From: Shigella phage Sf24
Reading direction: 5' to 3' (one strand)
Sequence record: MF327008
Length of the DNA: 64,000 nt
This document shows positions 59,365 through 64,000 of the stretch, one piece after another (the stretch's first letter is position 1; every line of letters begins with the position of its first letter). Made by a program: the position numbers and the translations under genes. Below the pieces are notes generated by a model. It was not told where the DNA came from. It did no database searches and saw only the letters and a program-made list of their open reading frames with translations.

Positions 59365-59451
59365 TGGTGGGGAGTGATGGAGTCGAACCACCCGAGTCGC
59401 AATGACAATGAATTTACAGTCCACACCGCTACCTCTACGGGATAACTCCCC
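59365..59451 (-). tRNA. tRNA-Tyr (anticodon GUA), long variable arm
   Basis: Hand-folded 87 nt: acceptor GGGGAGT/ACTCCCC, anticodon loop CTGTAAA, T-loop TTCGACT, CCA encoded. Confidence 0.75.
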
Positions 59452-59463
59452 TAATTCATAATT

Positions 59464-59538
59464 TGGTGGCCCTGGGTGGAATTGAACCACCATCTGGCGA
59501 TTATGAGTCGCTTGCTTGAACCTTCCAGCTACAGGGCC
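59464..59538 (-). tRNA. tRNA with CAU anticodon (Ile2-type or Met)
   Basis: Hand-folded: acceptor GGCCCTG/CAGGGCC, anticodon loop CTCATAA, T-loop TTCAATT, CCA encoded. Confidence 0.75.
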
Positions 59539-59539
59539 T

Positions 59540-59615
59540 TGGTGCTGATTGACGGAATCGAACCGCCGACCTTCTCATTACAAGTGAGTTGCTCTACCTA
59601 CTGAGCTAAATCAGC
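59540..59615 (-). tRNA. tRNA-Thr (anticodon UGU)
   Basis: Hand-folded: acceptor GCTGATT/AATCAGC, D-arm GCTC..GAGC, anticodon loop CTTGTAA, T-loop TTCGATT. Confidence 0.8.
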
Positions 59616-59620
59616 AAAAC

Positions 59621-59710
59621 TGGCGGAGGCGATAGGATTTGAACCTATGAGTCGCCGGAGCGACTGCCGGTTTTCAAGACCGGTGCATTAAACCACTCTG
59701 CCACGCCTCC
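59621..59710 (-). tRNA. tRNA-Ser (anticodon UGA), long variable arm
   Basis: Hand-folded 90 nt: acceptor GGAGGCG/CGCCTCC, anticodon stem CCGGT/ACCGG with loop CTTGAAA, T-loop TTCAAAT. Confidence 0.8.
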
Positions 59711-59712
59711 AG

Positions 59713-59786
59713 TCTCCATACAAGGATTTGAACCTTGGACCTCCTGATCCCAAATCAGGCGCTCTACCAAACTGAGCTACACGGAG
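59713..59786 (-). tRNA. tRNA-Pro (anticodon UGG)
   Basis: Hand-folded: anticodon stem CCTGA/TCAGG with loop TTTGGGA, T-arm CAAGG-TTCAAAT-CCTTG; CCA not encoded. Confidence 0.8.
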
Positions 59787-59796
59787 TAAATTAAAT

Positions 59797-59870
<74 letters not shown>

Positions 59871-59875
59871 AAATT

Positions 59876-59962
59876 TGGTGCGAGAAGTGGGACTCGAACC
59901 CACAAGGAAATCATTCCGCAGCATTTTAAGTGCTGTGCCTTTACCAATTTGACCATTCTCGC
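59876..59962 (-). tRNA. tRNA-Leu (anticodon UAA), long variable arm
   Basis: Hand-folded 87 nt: acceptor GCGAGAA/TTCTCGC, anticodon stem CAGCA/TGCTG with loop CTTAAAA, T-loop TTCGAGT. Confidence 0.8.
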
Positions 59963-59963
59963 G

Positions 59964-60036
59964 CTGGGAATAAAGGACTCGAACCTTTGCATCCTGGAAT
60001 CAAAATCCAGTGCCTTACCAACTTGGCTAATTCCCA
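59964..60036 (-). tRNA. tRNA-Gln (anticodon UUG)
   Basis: Hand-folded: acceptor TGGGAAT/ATTCCCA, anticodon stem CTGGA/TCCAG with loop TTTTGAT, T-loop TTCGAGT; CCA not encoded. Confidence 0.8.
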
Positions 60037-60122
60037 ATTATTAACAAAGGCTCTCAAGCAAGAACCCTTGATGATAGAGGGTATTAATCAGTGCGGTATG
60101 AGTTAATAATAACAAATAATTC

Positions 60123-60638
60123 TTAAAGCAAATTAAACATTTTAACGGTCGGCAAAACAATTTCTTCTTCTATATAAGAGTATTTAACACTCTCAACTAC
60201 ACGCAAGAAATCATAGTCATAATATTCAGAAGCATGACCAAGAATATCAATAAGGCCTTCAAATATCTTATTACCATTCACAAAGAATAAGTCAAATACA
60301 CGTTCTTCATCTTCTTCGGATTTATTACCAAGGTCAACTTCTATATCAAAGACCTTTTTAATGAATTCTGGATAAAGTTGTTCTGAGAACAGTCCTTCAA
60401 CCAAGTATTCATAAATAAAAAGCGATTGCTCGCTGAACAAGCCATTACCACAATAACGTTCAGCTTTAGTACTAGAATGTCTGCTTTTAAACTTCTTTAA
60501 AAGATATTGGAACTGTAAGATTTCATGCTCTTCTACGCCAAACAGTGTTTTAGTTTTATAGTTGTCACCATCATTTTCCCAGGTAGTGACATCAATTACG
60601 TAACCCTGCGGAATTGTAGTACCTAAACAAATATTCAT
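60123..60638 (-). CDS. hypothetical protein (171 aa)
   Basis: Track ORF begins at GTG 60647; first ATG 60636-38 with GGTGAAA SD. Confidence 0.55.
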   Translation of the reverse strand: MNICLGTTIPQGYVIDVTTWENDGDNYKTKTLFGVEEHEILQFQYLLKKFKSRHSSTKAERYCGNGLFSEQSLFIYEYLVEGLFSEQLYPEFIKKVFDIEVDLGNKSEEDEERVFDLFFVNGNKIFEGLIDILGHASEYYDYDFLRVVESVKYSYIEEEIVLPTVKMFNLL

Positions 60639-60640
60639 TT

Positions 60641-60931
60641 TCACCACGCTGCATTAATATAAGTATATTTAATACATTCAAGACTTAAAGGATTCTTGAA
60701 AATATCATATTCAAGAGGACCTTTTTCTGTTTCAATAAAGAAATCAAAATTTACTGTATTAAATTTACGATCTTCCTTCACTAATTTAACCTGAGAAGAT
60801 GAACGGTCAATGTAAACCTTTTCAACTTCAAAACATGTTAAAATGCCATAATCATCAATCAAGGCTTTAGCTGCTTCTTGATCATATTTATATCCATTTT
60901 CAATGGACGATACTTTAGCATAAAGAATCAT
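60641..60931 (-). CDS. hypothetical protein (96 aa)
   Basis: Track ORF. Confidence 0.5.
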   Translation of the reverse strand: MILYAKVSSIENGYKYDQEAAKALIDDYGILTCFEVEKVYIDRSSSQVKLVKEDRKFNTVNFDFFIETEKGPLEYDIFKNPLSLECIKYTYINAAW

Positions 60932-60933
60932 TA

Positions 60934-61314
60934 TTACCCTTCATCAACAATAGTATGAGTGTGGGCATTTACAATTTGCCACCAATCAAAGCGATTAGAA
61001 CCATACATCGGTTTGTTTTCATTTTCTTTGATAATATCACGAAGTTCATCTTCGGTAGCGGCTTTCGCGATTAAATCAGCATATCCACCGCGAGGATAAT
61101 AATTATCACCTGCAAAAAGTAAAAAGTTCGGTTTAATGTTATTGAACTCTTCAAGAGTAATAACCTTTCCTGACGGTTGAACAATCTCTACATATTTATA
61201 TCCCAATTTTTGAGCAGCATCTACTGCTTCAAGCAAAGTATCATGAGCCCATCCAATTTGACAACCTGGCTTTTCAGATGGATTAGCCTGATAATCCGCA
61301 TACACTTTGTACAT
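60934..61314 (-). CDS. hypothetical protein (126 aa)
   Basis: Track ORF 60934-61353 trimmed to ATG 61312-14 (AAAGGTG SD). Confidence 0.55.
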   Translation of the reverse strand: MYKVYADYQANPSEKPGCQIGWAHDTLLEAVDAAQKLGYKYVEIVQPSGKVITLEEFNNIKPNFLLFAGDNYYPRGGYADLIAKAATEDELRDIIKENENKPMYGSNRFDWWQIVNAHTHTIVDEG

Positions 61315-61315
61315 T

Positions 61316-61501
61316 CTATTCACCTTTAGAAATTTTATCCATAACGATAGCAATTAAACCAATTAAAAATGCTACTACAAGTGAAAATACATTTTCTGCT
61401 GTAGTTAATAATCCGCATATAAATCCAACAAACATTGAAAAACTAAAAGCGGAAGCAGAAATTGCAATAGCAACATTTCGAATTAATTCACAACGTTTCA
61501 T
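61316..61501 (-). CDS. hypothetical membrane peptide (61 aa)
   Basis: Track ORF, two TM segments; early promoter upstream. Confidence 0.45.
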   Translation of the reverse strand: MKRCELIRNVAIAISASAFSFSMFVGFICGLLTTAENVFSLVVAFLIGLIAIVMDKISKGE

Positions 61502-61529
61502 TTTATTCTCCTCAGTAGTTGATAGGGTA

Positions 61530-61560
61530 ATAGTATCACTACTAAAACCCCCGTGTAAAC
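61530..61560 (-). promoter_or_regulatory. early promoter (19-nt spacer)
   Basis: GTTTACA-N19-TACTAT. Confidence 0.5.
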
Positions 61561-61572
61561 AACTTTGTGAAA

Positions 61573-61830
61573 TTATTTTAAATCTTCTAATCGTTTCTTC
61601 ATCTTAGAACCATTTTTAGCGATTTCTCCTGCGTCAGAGCATAATGCTAAAAGTGCTTTAACTTTAGTTTGGTCTCCTTTAAAAGACGAAGGATCGACTG
61701 CAGCAGCAAGTTCTTTAATACGAGAGAAAAGACGCTCAGCTTCGGCTAAAGCCATTCCAAGCTTTACTTCCATACCATGAGAAGATTCAGTGATAATAGT
61801 TTCTGTAGCAAACTCTTTATAAGTTTTCAT
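61573..61830 (-). CDS. internal (injected) protein at the ipI locus with capsid targeting sequence
   Basis: 85 aa, N-terminus MKTYKEFATE (CTS-like); position between tRNA cluster and 57B; early promoter upstream. Confidence 0.7.
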   Translation of the reverse strand: MKTYKEFATETIITESSHGMEVKLGMALAEAERLFSRIKELAAAVDPSSFKGDQTKVKALLALCSDAGEIAKNGSKMKKRLEDLK

Positions 61831-61860
61831 TTTATTTTTCCTAATTAATTTTGATGAGGT

Positions 61861-61890
61861 AATAGTATCACTACCTCATCAGTGTGTAAA
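61861..61890 (-). promoter_or_regulatory. early promoter with -10 inside a 10-bp perfect inverted repeat
   Basis: GTTTACA-N18-TACTAT; TGATGAGGTA...TACCTCATCA brackets the -10. Confidence 0.65.
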
Positions 61891-61903
61891 CAACTTTGTG
61901 AAA

Positions 61904-62600
<697 letters not shown>

Positions 62601-62601
<1 letters not shown>

Positions 62602-63314
62602 TATAGTACCTTTAGTGTATTTTTAATTTTAGAAAAAAGTTCTTCAAGAGAACCATCGTTTGTAATTACTAAATCGCCATCACGAATTGGCAATCCAGCT
62701 TCTGTAATATGTGTATCATTGGATTTTTGACCAGGACGAACTACATGAATTACTGTAGCACCCATCGCCCTAGCCGCATCCATTTCATGATCTTGACGAG
62801 TATCAGGAACGATATAATAATCATAACCTGAGTTAAATTTATCAAGATAATCTAAAGCAAATAATTTTACCCAGTACATGCGGTCGAAGTTATTAACAAT
62901 CAAATCCGTACCTAGGGCTTGCATCAGACGACGGACTGACCATTGATCTTCAATATTATTTATAACGTCAGCAATCTTGTTAAATGCTACGAAATTAACT
63001 GCGTCATCAAAAACAAACACACCTTTAATTGGGCTTTTACTATTAAGATAGCAAAATGCTTGTTCCATAATCGTAATTACTTCTAATTTAGTCAGATTTA
63101 AATTAGTTTCACGATCATAGTCAATTCCTTCAAACTCTTTACGAGTTAAACAAGGATAGTCAGTGTTTGCTGCAAATACACCCCATGCATAAGCCAATGC
63201 ATCCTTAATAGGACCAGCAAGTTGATATTTAACTGCAGAATAATTATTCATAATAAAATCTGCAGTAGTATCTTTTCCACTACGCTTTACACCACTTAAA
63301 AAGATTAGTTTCAT
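62601..63314 (-). CDS. 1: deoxynucleoside monophosphate kinase (gene 1)
   Basis: 237 aa; P-loop GVKRSGKDT. Confidence 0.9.
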
Positions 63315-63363
63315 ATGTTTCTCCTCAAATTTAGTTAAGATTATAACACATGAAACTGAAGCA

Positions 63364-63894
63364 TTAAACTTCTGCTATAATTTTTCCATCTTTTTCTACT
63401 TGAAAATACGTATAAGGAATCGTTGCTGTGCATACTAAGGCTGGGTCTGAATCTTCTGTGTAGCTAAATTCTACTTCAGACAGGTCAGAAACCCAAGGCT
63501 TATAAAAATTTATTGACATCACGATTTCAGTTTTACTATTATCTAAAATGTAAAGCGTAATGTATTCAGGACCTGTTTTTTGGGCAGTATTTTCGCCTGT
63601 AAGATAGTTACTAGTTCCTAGCATCCATTCATACATTCCTATCCATGACTTAAGCTCTTCATCAACTATAAATCTCACGATGAGTGGGTCGTACTCAAAT
63701 GTAACACCTGGACGTTGTGCTCGGCCTAGTCCAAACGGCCCAGTCACGGTATCAGTAACAGGTATCCTAATTCCCGGAATAGGAACTGACTGAGCATTTA
63801 AAGTAAAAGCAGATGTAGTATTACTATGCGGTATTGATACTACAAAGTTAGTTGTATTTGCTTGGTTAAAAATTTGTTGTAGTGCTTGCGACAT
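63364..63894 (-). CDS. 3: tail sheath stabiliser / tail tube terminator (gene 3)
   Basis: Track ORF 63364-63975 trimmed to ATG 63892-94 (GAGGAA SD) giving 176 aa MSQALQQIF... Confidence 0.8.
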   Translation of the reverse strand: MSQALQQIFNQANTTNFVVSIPHSNTTSAFTLNAQSVPIPGIRIPVTDTVTGPFGLGRAQRPGVTFEYDPLIVRFIVDEELKSWIGMYEWMLGTSNYLTGENTAQKTGPEYITLYILDNSKTEIVMSINFYKPWVSDLSEVEFSYTEDSDPALVCTATIPYTYFQVEKDGKIIAEV

Positions 63895-64000
63895 ATATTC
63901 CTCATAATGCTTCATAAATGTTGGTGGTATAATGGGTCTAAGTCCCTTCCATTCAATTCCAATTAGAACAAACAATAGAAAAGAATGGAAGATAATAGAA

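Overview
The window is the early-gene arm of a T4-like (T-even) coliphage genome, with essentially every gene on the minus strand. Reading by ascending coordinate: dda (5' part cut by the window edge), srd-like, modA, modB, soc, 56, dam, 61, five 61.x ORFs ending in dmd, 41, 40, uvsX, a glycosyltransferase-like ORF, 42, imm, 43, regA, 62, 44, 45, rpbA, 46, 47, alpha-gt, 55, nrdH, nrdG, nrdD, 49, pin, nrdC, a block of about 30 uncharacterised ORFs, rI, tk, regB, a GrcA-like gene, an internal protein, denV, e, nudE, a 10-tRNA cluster, an ipI-locus internal protein, 57B, 57A, 1 and 3. Gene names are assigned from recalled T4 protein sequences, motifs and synteny; no database search was run. It is not T4 itself: the lysozyme differs from my recollection of T4 lysozyme, the beta-gt slot holds a different 280-aa ORF, nrdD is one uninterrupted ORF, no homing-endonuclease genes are recognisable, and the tRNA cluster carries Tyr and Asn in addition to the T4 set. 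I also annotate about 20 early promoters (GTTTAC -35, TAnnnT -10), four late TATAAATA motifs, three candidate MotA-type middle promoters, the gene-43 operator hairpin and a series of C(UUCG)G hairpins and terminators. I could not single out one clearly novel system. The strongest candidates are a nuclease-like ORF translationally coupled to dam, a nucleotidyltransferase-fold gene flanked by a membrane protein and a P-loop ATPase, a macrodomain-like protein, CTS-bearing small proteins, a plus-strand small membrane ORF, and a chimeric grcA-like gene. Hypothetical ORF boundaries come from the six-frame track; several starts were moved to an internal ATG with a Shine-Dalgarno, and others remain unverified.
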